Shown here: positions 6,906-16,854 of the stretch, piece after piece
How the letters are laid out: every line of letters begins with the position of its first letter
Numbering within the stretch: position 1 is the first letter of the stretch
DNA from: Gemmatimonadaceae bacterium
Lineage (GTDB): Bacteria; Gemmatimonadota; Gemmatimonadetes; Gemmatimonadales; Gemmatimonadaceae
Reading direction: 5' to 3'
Length of the DNA stretch: 60,466 nucleotides
Assembly (NCBI GenBank): GCA_044224875.1
Contig: JBGAJQ010000028.1
Span: forward strand, 1-60,466
Notes under the pieces: generated by a model
Told to the model about the DNA's origin: nothing
What the model saw: only the letters and a program-made list of their open reading frames with translations
The model's database searches: none
Translations under genes and position numbers: made by a program

Positions 6906-9560
6906 ATGAATTGGCGACGACTTATCACCCTGCCACGCCGCTCCTCAGGAGCGATCGCTCGCGACGTAGACGACGAGCTGCGCTTTCACCTGCGTTCGCG
7001 CGAGGAAGACCTCATGGCGACGGGCCTGTCGGCAGACGAGGCGCGAGCACGCGCGCGCCTGGACTTCGGCGACGTGGAGGACGCGCGTCGCTACGCAACG
7101 GCGATCGACCGACGCACAGAAGGGGACCGCCGACGCCATGACTTCCTTGGCGACCTTCGACAGGACGTGACCTACACCCTGCGTTCTCTCCGCTCGGCGC
7201 CCGGCTTTGCGCTCACCGCCCTGGCGACCCTGGCGTTAGGCATCGGCGCCACGACTGGCATCTTCTCGGTGGTCAACAGCGTCCTGCTACGCCCCCTGCC
7301 CTACCCGGCCCCTGAGCAGTTGTATCGTGTCTGGAGCGCCAACCGGACGGCGGGCGCCGTTCAGGTCACGACGTCCGCCATGGACCTCGACGACTGGCGG
7401 GCCCAACGTGAACGCCTGACTGACCTCGGTGGCTACTGGTTCCAGACGGGTGGCAGCGGGTTGGATCTGACGGGCATGGGCGAGCCGCAACGCCTGACCG
7501 CGGTCTTTGTCACGGCGGGGTTCTTCCGGACGATGGGCGTGACCCCTGAGCTCGGGCGTTTGCCGCGTGACGACGAACTGGTACGCGGGGGGCCGGACCG
7601 TGTGGTGCTACTCACCCACGCCTTCTGGCAGCGACAGTTCGGCGGTCGCGCGGATGTCGTGGGTCGCAACGTGACATTGAACAACGAGGCCTTCACGGTT
7701 ATCGGTGTGCTACCGGCCTCCTTCGCGTTCCCGACGTCGCAGGCCGACCTGTTCGCCTCGTTCTCACTGTTCACGGACGATCAGATTCCGCGCCTTCGGT
7801 TTGTGCGACTGCTGGGCGTCGTGGCGCGGGCGAAGCCGGGAGTATCGGAAGCGGCGGTGATGGCGGAGCTGCAGACGATCGCCCAACGACTCGCGGCGCG
7901 ATATCCGGAGAACGCTGCATGGGACGGCGTCACGGTGCGCGGGTTGAAGGCGTCCATCACGGGCGACGTGACGAGGTCGCTGTGGGTCCTATTCGGCGCC
8001 GTGGGCGTCCTGCTCCTGGTCGCCTGCGTCAACGTCGCGTCGCTGCAACTGTCACGGGCCACGGCTCGTGCGGGTGAGGTCGCAGTTCGCGCCGCGTTAG
8101 GTGCATCGCGCGCGCGTCTCATTCGCCAGTTGCTCACGGAAAGCGTGGTGCTGGCCGTGGCGGGCGGGCTGCTCGGTATGCTGGTCGCCGTGCTCACGGT
8201 ACGAGGCATTGCGGGGATGGCGTCCGAGCAGCTTCCCCGTGGCGCCGAGGTGGGTGTCGACGCGCGAGCACTTGCCTTCGCGCTCGTCTTGTCGCTGATC
8301 ACGGGTGCCGTGTTCGGGCTCTTCCCGGCGCTCCGTGTCGCCCGCGACCTGCAACCCACGGCGCGTGGCACGCGGGGTATTGCCGGCCCGTCGCGTGGGA
8401 ACGTGCGACACGCGCTCGTCATCTCAGAAGTGGCGCTGGTCATGGTGCTCGTCACCGCCGGGGGCCTGATGCTCCGCAGCCTGCGCGCCCTGAACCAGGT
8501 CGATCCCGGCTTCCGCACCGATCACCTGCTCGTAATGAACTTCACCCTCAGCGAGGGCCGTGTCGGAGGCGACTACACGCAAGCGTATACGCAGATCCTC
8601 GATCGCGTGCGCGCGGTTCCCGGTGTTGCAGCCGCCGGCGCGGCCAAGGACGCCCCGTTTCGTGGTTCCGGAGAGACGATCGGCTTCCGACTCCCTGGCA
8701 TGGTCGTCCCCGCCGGCCAGGATGCGCCGTCGTCGGCCATGCTCAACATCTCCGACGGCTTCTTTCACGCCATCGGGGCGCGGCTCCTTGCCGGGCGCGA
8801 GTTCACGCGATCGGATCGGCGAGGAACGCCCTTTGTGTGCATCGTGAACCAGGCGTTCGCCAAGCGCTGGTTTCCAGGCGTGGATGTGGTCGGCAAGCGG
8901 CTTGTCGTTGGGGATACGACGACGGTGGAGATCGTTGGTCTGGTGAATGACATTCGGCAGACCGAGGTCGCGAGTGACCCACCGGAAACGGTGTACCTGC
9001 ACGAGTTGCAGAATTCCCGCGTGCGCATGACGCTGCTCGTCCGCACCATCGGCGATCCATTGGCATCCGCCGCCGCGGTGCGCGCGGCAATCCGCGAAGT
9101 AGATTCTCAGCAGGCGATCACGGCAACCACGACCATGGACGACGCGACCCGCGATGCCTTGGCTCGGCCGCGACTCATCACTACGCTGCTCGGCTCCTTC
9201 AGCATGGCCGGGCTGCTGTTTGGCGCGCTAGGTTTGTATGGTGTCCTCGCCTACCTGGTACAACAACGCCGCCGTGAACTCGGTGTTCGGCTCGCCCTCG
9301 GCGCCAGCCGGCAACGCGTGTTGCAGATGGTGATCGGGCAGGGGTTGCGGCTGACGGCCATTGGTGTGGCCATCGGCACGGTTGCGGCCTTGGCGTCCGG
9401 CCGGGTGCTGGCGACGGTGCTCTTTGGGGTGAAGGCCACGGACCCGCCGACCTACCTGGCGGTGGTGGCCGTGCTGTTCAGCGTGGCGTGGATCGCCAGC
9501 ATGCTCCCGGCGCGCCGAGCAGCGTCCGTGGACGTCGTGGAAACCCTTCGGTCGGAGTAG
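6906..9560 (+). CDS. ADOP-type duplicated ABC permease (MacB-PCD/FtsX domains)
   Basis: Prefix DVDDELRFHL; LALGIGATTGIFSVVNSVLLRPLPY; two FtsX halves (ALGASRARLIRQLLTES and ELGVRLALGA). Confidence 0.95.
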   Translation: MNWRRLITLPRRSSGAIARDVDDELRFHLRSREEDLMATGLSADEARARARLDFGDVEDARRYATAIDRRTEGDRRRHDFLGDLRQDVTYTLRSLRSAPGFALTALATLALGIGATTGIFSVVNSVLLRPLPYPAPEQLYRVWSANRTAGAVQVTTSAMDLDDWRAQRERLTDLGGYWFQTGGSGLDLTGMGEPQRLTAVFVTAGFFRTMGVTPELGRLPRDDELVRGGPDRVVLLTHAFWQRQFGGRADVVGRNVTLNNEAFTVIGVLPASFAFPTSQADLFASFSLFTDDQIPRLRFVRLLGVVARAKPGVSEAAVMAELQTIAQRLAARYPENAAWDGVTVRGLKASITGDVTRSLWVLFGAVGVLLLVACVNVASLQLSRATARAGEVAVRAALGASRARLIRQLLTESVVLAVAGGLLGMLVAVLTVRGIAGMASEQLPRGAEVGVDARALAFALVLSLITGAVFGLFPALRVARDLQPTARGTRGIAGPSRGNVRHALVISEVALVMVLVTAGGLMLRSLRALNQVDPGFRTDHLLVMNFTLSEGRVGGDYTQAYTQILDRVRAVPGVAAAGAAKDAPFRGSGETIGFRLPGMVVPAGQDAPSSAMLNISDGFFHAIGARLLAGREFTRSDRRGTPFVCIVNQAFAKRWFPGVDVVGKRLVVGDTTTVEIVGLVNDIRQTEVASDPPETVYLHELQNSRVRMTLLVRTIGDPLASAAAVRAAIREVDSQQAITATTTMDDATRDALARPRLITTLLGSFSMAGLLFGALGLYGVLAYLVQQRRRELGVRLALGASRQRVLQMVIGQGLRLTAIGVAIGTVAALASGRVLATVLFGVKATDPPTYLAVVAVLFSVAWIASMLPARRAASVDVVETLRSE

Positions 9561-9562
9561 AC

Positions 9563-10141
9563 ATGCGTCGTATTGCACTGTTCATGCACGTTTCCCTCGA
9601 CGGCTTTGTGGCAGGGCCACAGGGAGAGATGGATTGGATTACCGTCAGCGATGACGTGTTTGAGCTGGCGGGCCAACACACCCGCGGCGCCGACACGGCT
9701 CTCTACGGCCGACGCACCTACGACATGATGGACGCGTACTGGCCGACGGCCGGCTCGCAACCCAAGGCCTCGCGACACGACATCGAACACTCGGCGTGGT
9801 ACAACAGCGTGCGGAAGGTCGTCGTAACGCGCACGCTGCTCGGCATGCAGAAGCCCAAGACCTCCTTCATCGGCCGCGACCTCCCGGCCGAAATCGCCTC
9901 GCTCAAAGCCGAACCGGGAACGGGCATCGTCATGTTCGGCAGCACGTCGACCGTGCACGCACTCACTGCGCACCGCCTCATCGACGACTACTGGCTCATG
10001 CTGAATCCCGTCCTGCTCGGCGGCGGCTTGCCGTTGTTTGCCGATATCTCCGAGCGTAGGCGGCTCCGTACCGCGTCGAGTACCCTGTTGCCGTCAGGGG
10101 TGGTTGCCCTACACTATCGAGCGGACGACATCACTCGTTAG
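9563..10141 (+). CDS. Dihydrofolate reductase-like (RibD C-terminal) protein
   Basis: MHVSLDGFVAGP, LYGRRTY, LIDDYWLMLNPVLLGGGLPLF. Confidence 0.92.
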   Translation: MRRIALFMHVSLDGFVAGPQGEMDWITVSDDVFELAGQHTRGADTALYGRRTYDMMDAYWPTAGSQPKASRHDIEHSAWYNSVRKVVVTRTLLGMQKPKTSFIGRDLPAEIASLKAEPGTGIVMFGSTSTVHALTAHRLIDDYWLMLNPVLLGGGLPLFADISERRRLRTASSTLLPSGVVALHYRADDITR

Positions 10142-10368
10142 GCGGCTATCGCCCTGCCGTGCGGGAGCCCTACCGTGTGGACGAATGTATCCCACGTTCA
10201 CGAGCCAGAACACGCTCCACGCGTCGTCTCGACGCTGACGCTCACGGTCCATGCGACACTTTTATGTCCCCTGGACGGCGGGTATCGAACCGTTCCGTGA
10301 GTCGCGTGCCATTCGTGGTGGTGCCGGTGACCCTCGAGCGCTCGGAGCTGTGACTCGCGACGAGTCCG

Positions 10369-10818
10369 CTAGCCGCGTTCCAGAGCCGGAAGCTGCGCGG
10401 ACCGCTCGACGATCTCGCCCCACCCCTTGCGGTGCGCATCCACCGTGCGAGCCGGCAGGCCACGATGCGTGAGGACGACACGCGTCCGCGTGGCGGACAG
10501 CTCCGTCAGCTCGACCATCACGGTAGTGGGGCGCTCGTCCGTGCTGGCCGAGATCCACGTGAACACTAGCCGTGACGGACGCGTGATCTCCAGGTACTCG
10601 CCATGGTGAAGGAACTCGCCGCCGCTGTGTGCCATCACGATGCGGAAGCGGCCGCCGACCCGAGGATCGACCTCGGCGGTTGACCTGGCGACGTCACCCG
10701 GCCGCATGAATGTCGCGAGCAGGCGGGGATTTAGCCAGGCATCGAAGATGCGCTCGCGCGACATCTCGATCGTACGTTCCACCACCACGTCGGGAGTGTT
10801 TGGGGGAGGAGTACTCAT
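10369..10818 (-). CDS. SRPBCC/AHSA1 domain protein
   Basis: ERIFDAWLNP, DPRVGGRFRI, GEYLEI.RPSRLVFTW, HRKGW; ATGA overlap with the upstream ArsR gene. Confidence 0.9.
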   Translation of the reverse strand: MSTPPPNTPDVVVERTIEMSRERIFDAWLNPRLLATFMRPGDVARSTAEVDPRVGGRFRIVMAHSGGEFLHHGEYLEITRPSRLVFTWISASTDERPTTVMVELTELSATRTRVVLTHRGLPARTVDAHRKGWGEIVERSAQLPALERG

Positions 10819-11168
10819 CGTCGCCGGCGGCTGCGGCGTACCTTCCGGGCGGCATCGGCGAGCAGCGCCGCCTCCAACGCTTCGAGACGTCCTTCCCAGA
10901 AAAGACGGTAATCGTCCAGCCACCGCGAGGCCGCACGTAAGGGAGTGGCCCGCAATCGCAGCCAGTGTTCCCTTCCCTCGACCCGCCGCGACACGAGGCC
11001 AGCGCGCTCCAGCACCTTGACATGCTTGGAGACCCCATTGAACGAGATTGGGAATGCGGCGGCCACGTCGCCGACCTTCATCTCGCCATTGCGGAGGGTG
11101 ACGAGTATGGCTCGGCGGGTGGGATCGGCGATGGCGCCGTATACGTCATCGAGTGATTGCATCGTCAT
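10815..11168 (-). CDS. ArsR/SmtB-family regulator
   Basis: AIADPTRRAIL, VSKHVKVLERAGLVSR, FWEGRLEALE. Start codon uncertain (11162-11177). Confidence 0.9.
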   Translation of the reverse strand: MTMQSLDDVYGAIADPTRRAILVTLRNGEMKVGDVAAAFPISFNGVSKHVKVLERAGLVSRRVEGREHWLRLRATPLRAASRWLDDYRLFWEGRLEALEAALLADAARKVRRSRRRR

Positions 11169-11171
11169 TGC

Positions 11172-11191
11172 ATTCAACCTGTCGGTTGAAT
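11172..11191. promoter_or_regulatory. Palindromic ArsR operator
   Basis: ATTCAACC-TGTC-GGTTGAAT at the ArsR start. Confidence 0.75.
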
Positions 11192-11257
11192 ATTATGCCC
11201 TGCCCGGGTAGCACGCCAGTATACGGGGTTGGTGGCTTGCTTGCCGAGTGGTTTGCT

Positions 11258-11316
11258 GAAAGCGGAGATCACGCCGTCGTTTCCCATGCCGACTGGGCGA
11301 GGCCCGCGGCGCACTG
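11258..11316 (+). repeat. Degenerate copy of the DUF899 gene 5' end
   Basis: GATCACGCCGTCGTTTCCCATGCCGACTGGGCGAGGCCCGC versus GACCACGCCGTCGTTCCTCATGTCGATTGGGTGAAGGCCCGC (within 11339-11407). Confidence 0.85.
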
Positions 11317-11329
11317 AGGAGTTGATACC

Positions 11330-12052
11330 ATGCCAACCGAGAGCGGAGCCATTCGCGACCACGCCGTCGTTCCTCATGTCGATTGGGTGAAGGCCCGCTT
11401 GGCACTGCTGGAGCGCGAGAAGGCGTTCAGCCGAGCGCGGGACGAGTTGAATCGCGCGCGCCGCGAGATGCCGTGGGAACTGGTGGATAAGTCGTACGTG
11501 TTCGAGACGCCAGACGGGAAGGCGTCACTTGGGGACCTGTTCGCCGGCAAGCGGCAACTGGTGGTCTACCACTTCATGTTCGCTCCAGATGCCAAAGAGG
11601 GGTGCAAGCACTGCTCCTTCTGGGCCGAGCACTTCGATTCGTTAGGTGCGCACCTGGGCGCCCGCGATACGCGTTTCGTGGCGATTTCACGCGCGCCGCT
11701 GGATACGCTCAGGGCATTTCAGACGCGCATGGGTTGGCAGTTCCCGTGGTATTCATCGGGCGACGGCGACTTCAACTACGATCTCGGCGTGTCGTTCAAG
11801 CCGGAGGAGAGGGCAGAGGGACGCGGCGTCTACAATTACGTCGCCAACGAGCGCGGGGCCGACCGCGAGGGCTTGAGCGTGTTCTACAAGGACGAGGCTG
11901 GCCGAGTCTTCCACACGTACTCGAGCTACGCCCGCGGCATCGACCTGCTGAACACGACGTACAACGTGTTGGATCTCACACCGAAGGGACGGGACGAGGA
12001 ACCTGGGTATGCCCAAGCGTGGGTGCGCCTCAAGGATCGGTATCCTCGGTAG
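11330..12052 (+). CDS. DUF899 thioredoxin-like protein
   Basis: ARLALLEREK, QLVVYHFMF, CKHCSFW, HTYSSYARGID, LDLTPKGRDE. Confidence 0.93.
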   Translation: MPTESGAIRDHAVVPHVDWVKARLALLEREKAFSRARDELNRARREMPWELVDKSYVFETPDGKASLGDLFAGKRQLVVYHFMFAPDAKEGCKHCSFWAEHFDSLGAHLGARDTRFVAISRAPLDTLRAFQTRMGWQFPWYSSGDGDFNYDLGVSFKPEERAEGRGVYNYVANERGADREGLSVFYKDEAGRVFHTYSSYARGIDLLNTTYNVLDLTPKGRDEEPGYAQAWVRLKDRYPR

Positions 12053-14126
12053 CGTATCGCCGTGCCTTGGACCCACTGGGGCAAGTGGGCTCGCGAGTGT
12101 CCTGAGCGGGCGCTCCCTTCACAAGTGCGCGCCGCTCGTAACTGACATCAGACTCGACCAGTCGCTCGTCTCGCCGGCGACTTGCCCCCACGACACCGGT
12201 ACTCGCTGGTGAGGGGCGCAGGACTTTTTCTGTCAGCCGCAGTACCTCACCAACGGACCACGCCTGGAAGGGACATCCGTTGGGCGCATGCGGGGCGTCC
12301 CCGTCCGCGATTTCCGCCAGGTGCCCTGGCGTTGACGCGTCGTAGTGCGTGCGAAGCGGCTGCACGAAGCGTGACGTCGCCTCCGCTTTCGCCTCATCGG
12401 TGAGACCTCGCGTCCGCAACCACGCCTCGATGAACGCCCCGGCAAGCCACGGCCACACGGTCCCCTGATGATAGACGAGATCGCGCGCGCGCATGTCGCC
12501 CCCGTAGTGCCCGACATAGAGCGGATGGGCCGGTGCCAACGACCGAGGACCGGCCGGCGTCCACAAGTACTGCTCGACAGCTTCAACAAGTCGGCGTGCG
12601 CGGTCCCCGGTCAGGAGCGGCCACGGTAACCCACCAACCGCCAGCAGCTGGTTCGGACGCAGGGAGGTGTCGAGCGCACCCGCCACATGGTTCGCGTCGA
12701 CGACGTCGCAGAGGTAGCCCTTCTCCTCGATCCAGAACGCCTCCGTGAACGATGCCTGCGCGTAGTCCGCCAGGTCGTTCCAGCGAGGCTTCCACCGGCT
12801 GGCGACTCGCAGGGCATTGATCCACAACGCCTGGATCTCGACCGGCTTCCCGATGCGCGGCGTCACGACCAGGTCGCCGATCTTGGCATCCATCCAGGTG
12901 AGCTGGACGCCAGGCTCGCCTGCGGCAAGAAGCCCGGTCCCGTCGGCGCGGATCCCGAAGCGGGTGCCACGCGCGTACCCGTCGACGATGGACGTGACAG
13001 CCATGCCTAACGCTGCCACCTGTTCGGTGGTGACCAGTTCCATGGGCTCGGCGGCATCCAGGAAATCGTGCACGGCCACGACGTACCAGAGGGATGCATC
13101 GACCGAGTTGTACTCTGCCGGGGCACCACCTTCCGGGAAGAAGTTCGGCAGCATGCCCTCGTTCACGTGATGCGCCCACTCCAGCAGGATGTCGCGCGCA
13201 TCGGGCAGTCGATTGCCAGCGAGACAGAGGCCGCGCAGTGCGATGAAGGTGTCGCGTCCCCAGTCGGAGAACCACGGGTAGCCAGCCACGATCGTCTTCC
13301 CTTCACCGCGGCGCACGATGTAGGCGTCCGCCGCGCGATGCAGGGGCGACGCGAAGGCGGCGCGGCGCGCGCGTTCGGCACTGGCGATCGACTCCCAACT
13401 GCGAGCAGCCCAACAGCGCAAATGGGGAGCCGCTGCGGCGTCGGTGGTGCCGAAGATCAGGATCGCTCGCTCGTTCAGGTGGAACCTCATGGTGCCTGGT
13501 GACGCGAGATCCTCGGTAAAACCAAGTCCACGCGCGCGCTCGATATCGTACTGAAAGGTGCGATACCAGAGCGCGTCCGGCAGGAAGTCGCCGTTGGTGA
13601 CGGCGGCGATCGTCGGCCGGCCTGCGTAGGGACGCCATTCGATATGCTGGCCCGCCACCCGGGCATGGAAGTTGAAGCTGCCGTTCTCGTGTGACTCACT
13701 GTGGGCGTCCCGGACGGAAAAGAACGGCCGTACAACCAGTCGCACATCGGCCCGGGGTTCCGACAGCCGCCACGTGAGCGCGGTAACTGGTGCGCCATTT
13801 CGCATCACCAGCTCGTGGATCACTTCCAAGCCGTTAGGCAGGCGGTAGGTCCAGTTTGGCCACGGCTCCGTCGTGAAGCTGGCGACGTACGTCGCCCCAT
13901 CGGGATGCGTGAAGTCACCGGCGTACCGTTGCGAGCTCAGTGCGTACACACCCTCCGCGCACTCAACCGTCGCGTCGAACCCGTTCACCAGCGTCATCCG
14001 GCCCGTTGGTGGCGTGGTGGCGACGGTCAGCACCGAATGGTAGCGGCGCGTCCGGATGCCATCGGCGCAGCCCATCGCAAAACCGCCCAGTCCGTCCGTC
14101 TCGATCCATTCCGCGCGCGGGTTCAT
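12030..14126 (-). CDS. Amylo-alpha-1,6-glucosidase (glycogen debranching family)
   Basis: EWIETDGLGGFA, TIVAGYPWFSDWGRDTFIALRG, QLTWMDAK, YHQGTVWPW, GCPFQAWS. Confidence 0.93.
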   Translation of the reverse strand: MNPRAEWIETDGLGGFAMGCADGIRTRRYHSVLTVATTPPTGRMTLVNGFDATVECAEGVYALSSQRYAGDFTHPDGATYVASFTTEPWPNWTYRLPNGLEVIHELVMRNGAPVTALTWRLSEPRADVRLVVRPFFSVRDAHSESHENGSFNFHARVAGQHIEWRPYAGRPTIAAVTNGDFLPDALWYRTFQYDIERARGLGFTEDLASPGTMRFHLNERAILIFGTTDAAAAPHLRCWAARSWESIASAERARRAAFASPLHRAADAYIVRRGEGKTIVAGYPWFSDWGRDTFIALRGLCLAGNRLPDARDILLEWAHHVNEGMLPNFFPEGGAPAEYNSVDASLWYVVAVHDFLDAAEPMELVTTEQVAALGMAVTSIVDGYARGTRFGIRADGTGLLAAGEPGVQLTWMDAKIGDLVVTPRIGKPVEIQALWINALRVASRWKPRWNDLADYAQASFTEAFWIEEKGYLCDVVDANHVAGALDTSLRPNQLLAVGGLPWPLLTGDRARRLVEAVEQYLWTPAGPRSLAPAHPLYVGHYGGDMRARDLVYHQGTVWPWLAGAFIEAWLRTRGLTDEAKAEATSRFVQPLRTHYDASTPGHLAEIADGDAPHAPNGCPFQAWSVGEVLRLTEKVLRPSPASTGVVGASRRRDERLVESDVSYERRALVKGAPAQDTREPTCPSGSKARRYATEDTDP

Positions 14127-14420
14127 GTGAGCACCGCCTGACGCCGCTCCGACGCATGGTCGTGCGGTGTGGGTTCGTGTTCCGGCAGGCGTGTCGCGGC
14201 GACGTTTTCCAGGCATCGAACAACGAGGGAGGTCCAACCCGTCTGGTGGCTGGCGCCAACGCCGCGGCCGGTGTCCCCGTGGAAGTACTCGTGGAACAGC
14301 ACCAAGTCCTTCCACGCTTCGTGGGTGGCGTACCGGGCATCGTCGCCATGACAAGGACGATGACCGCGGTCGTCAGGTACAAAGAGGCGACTCAAGCGCC
14401 CGGACAGCTCAGTGGCGACG
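14123..14420 (-). pseudogene. 3' remnant of an MGH1/GH63-like glucosidase
   Basis: VATELSGRLSRLFVPD...LFHEYFHGDTGRGVGASHQTGWT; stop overlaps the debranching-enzyme start; most of the gene is missing. Confidence 0.85.
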
Positions 14421-14640
14421 TCGCCGGAACGCTGTCCGCTTGTCCTCGGCAGCCTTCACGGTCTATCTCCACGGCGAGTGTCAGTACCTCCTGGCGAAGG
14501 GGGGTAATGGCGAATGGTTGGAGATGGTTCCCGGAATCCAGTGACCGGCTGCAGCAGCCGTCGGCGAAGGTCCACCATGGGGCCCTTCTATATAGATGTG
14601 GGCTCGCCGAGTTTGGGGTTGAGGGGTATAGTTTGGCCCC

Positions 14641-16593
14641 ATGAAACCAAAAGAGCTGACACTTCGCGGCCTGATTCTCGGCGCCCTCCTCACGACCGTC
14701 TTCACGGCGGCGAACGTGTACCTGGGCCTCAAGGTCGGGCTCACGTTTGCCTCGTCGATTCCGGCCGCGGTGATCTCGATGGCGATCCTGAGCGCGGTGA
14801 AGGACTCGTCCATCCTCGAGAACAACATCGTACAGACGGTGGCGTCGGCGGCGGGCACGTTGTCGGCCATCATCTTCGTGTTGCCGGGGCTGGTGATCGT
14901 CGGCTGGTGGACGGGGTTCCCCTTCTGGCAGTCGTTCCTGATCTGCCTGAGCGGCGGAGTGTTAGGCGTGCTGTTCACGATTCCCTTGCGCCGGGCACTG
15001 GTCACGACGTCGGATCTTCCGTACCCAGAGGGGGTGGCGGCGGCGGAAGTCCTGAAGGTAGGCTCTGGCACACGCGGCGAGACCAAGGACGAGACGGGTG
15101 AGGCACGCGAAGGCCTGGTCGCCGTGACGTTAGGCACGGTGGCGTCGGCGGGGTTTGCGATCATCACGGCGACGCGCGTTGCGGCCGCCGAGATCACCGG
15201 TTTCTTCAAGCTCGGGGCGCTGACGTCGAGCGGCTACAACATCGCCTTCTCGCTGGCGCTGCTGGGCGCGGGTCACCTGGTGGGGCTGTCGGTGGGGATG
15301 GCCATGCTGACGGGGCTCATCATCGCGTGGGCCATTGGCGTGCCGATCCTCACATCGTTGCAGCCGGCGGCGGACGGCGTCTCGCTGGCCGCCCACACCA
15401 TGACGATCTGGCGGACCCAGGTGCGATTCATCGGGGCGGGGGCCATTGCGGTGGCGGCCATTTACACGCTGGCACGACTGGCCAAGCCGGTGGTGGGCGG
15501 GCTGGTGAGCACCTTGAGCGCGTCACGCACGCGGGCCGGGGGCGACGACACGGATCGCGACCTGTCCCCGCAATGGATCATTGCACTGTCGATCGCGTGC
15601 GTCATACTGGCTGGCGCGCTGGCCTACAGCTTTGCCAAGTCCTCGGTCCTGGCGCCTAACGCCGTGACCCTGACGATGATCGCCGTCCCGTTCGTGCTGA
15701 TTGGCGGATTCCTCATCGCCGGCGTCTGCGGATACATGGCCGGCCTTATCGGCGCCTCGAACAGTCCCATCTCCGGTGTCGGTATCCTCTCGATCGTGTT
15801 GGGCGCGTCGGTGCTGGTGGTTGTGGTGCCACCCGCGGAGGAGACCCGCCAGGCGCTGGTGGCCTTCGCGCTGTTCATCACGGCCATCGTGTTTGCCTGC
15901 GCCACGATCTCCAACGACAACTTGCAGGACTTGAAGACCGGACAACTCGTCGGTGCGTCCCCGATGCGGCAGCAGGTCGCGCTCATTGTCGGTGTTGCGG
16001 CTGGCGCCAGCGTCATTCCGTTCGTCCTGAACCTGCTGGCCAAGGCCTACGGTTTTGCCGGTGCGGCCAACGTTGGGGTCGTAGCCCCGAATCCCCTGCC
16101 CGCTCCCCAAGCCACCCTGATCTCGGCGCTGGCGCAGGGTGTGATCGGGGGAAAGCTGGAGTGGCGCATGATCGGCATCGGGATGGCCGTCGGCGTCGGG
16201 TTGATTCTCATGGACTCCGCACTCGGCGCCATGAAGAAGTTGAGAATTCCGCCGCTCGCCGTTGGTATCGGCATCTACCTGCCGATGTCGGCGACCTTCG
16301 CCGTGGTCGTGGGAGCGCTCGTCTCCACGTGGTACGACAAGCGAGCGCGCACCATGCGCAATCCCGAGCGTTCTGAACGCCTCGGTACCCTCGTGGCATC
16401 CGGCCTGATCGTTGGCGAAAGCCTGTGGGGGGTGCTGAACGCAGGGTTGATCGTTGGACTCTCAAAGGACGCGCCGATTGGCCTGGTGGAGGAGACCTTC
16501 GCCCTCGCGCCCTGGTTGGGTGTCGCCGGGTTCATCGGCGTGATCATCTGGCTCTACGGCTGGATGCTCAAGCGATCGGCGGCCGTTCGTTAG
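14641..16593 (+). CDS. OPT-family oligopeptide transporter
   Basis: ELTLRG, YLGLKVGLTFASSIPAAVIS, LPYPEG, NDNLQDLKTG, LPAPQA. Confidence 0.95.
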   Translation: MKPKELTLRGLILGALLTTVFTAANVYLGLKVGLTFASSIPAAVISMAILSAVKDSSILENNIVQTVASAAGTLSAIIFVLPGLVIVGWWTGFPFWQSFLICLSGGVLGVLFTIPLRRALVTTSDLPYPEGVAAAEVLKVGSGTRGETKDETGEAREGLVAVTLGTVASAGFAIITATRVAAAEITGFFKLGALTSSGYNIAFSLALLGAGHLVGLSVGMAMLTGLIIAWAIGVPILTSLQPAADGVSLAAHTMTIWRTQVRFIGAGAIAVAAIYTLARLAKPVVGGLVSTLSASRTRAGGDDTDRDLSPQWIIALSIACVILAGALAYSFAKSSVLAPNAVTLTMIAVPFVLIGGFLIAGVCGYMAGLIGASNSPISGVGILSIVLGASVLVVVVPPAEETRQALVAFALFITAIVFACATISNDNLQDLKTGQLVGASPMRQQVALIVGVAAGASVIPFVLNLLAKAYGFAGAANVGVVAPNPLPAPQATLISALAQGVIGGKLEWRMIGIGMAVGVGLILMDSALGAMKKLRIPPLAVGIGIYLPMSATFAVVVGALVSTWYDKRARTMRNPERSERLGTLVASGLIVGESLWGVLNAGLIVGLSKDAPIGLVEETFALAPWLGVAGFIGVIIWLYGWMLKRSAAVR

Positions 16594-16854
16594 GTAGCTG
16601 TAGTCATCCAGGCGGTCGCCACGGGCTCACCCGCCCGTCGTCGCGGTGTTCATGCGGCGCGGGGCCTCGACGCGTGCCGAATGCACCAGCTGTCTATCGC
16701 GCCTCTCGCAACAGCCCATGCCTGCTACGAAAGGGTGAGACGAGAACACCCCGGTCGAGCAATAGGAGTGACGCCTCTGGCGTAGTAAGCTGACCGTCCC
16801 GGGTGTTATTCCGGCGACGTCGGTTGCTCACTCCAACGGTGAAGAGGTGCGAAC

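Noticed and set aside
10320..10400. 3' echo of the SRPBCC gene (QLRALE after QLPALE)
   Set aside because: Only about 18 nt of partial similarity, which could be chance in GC-rich DNA.
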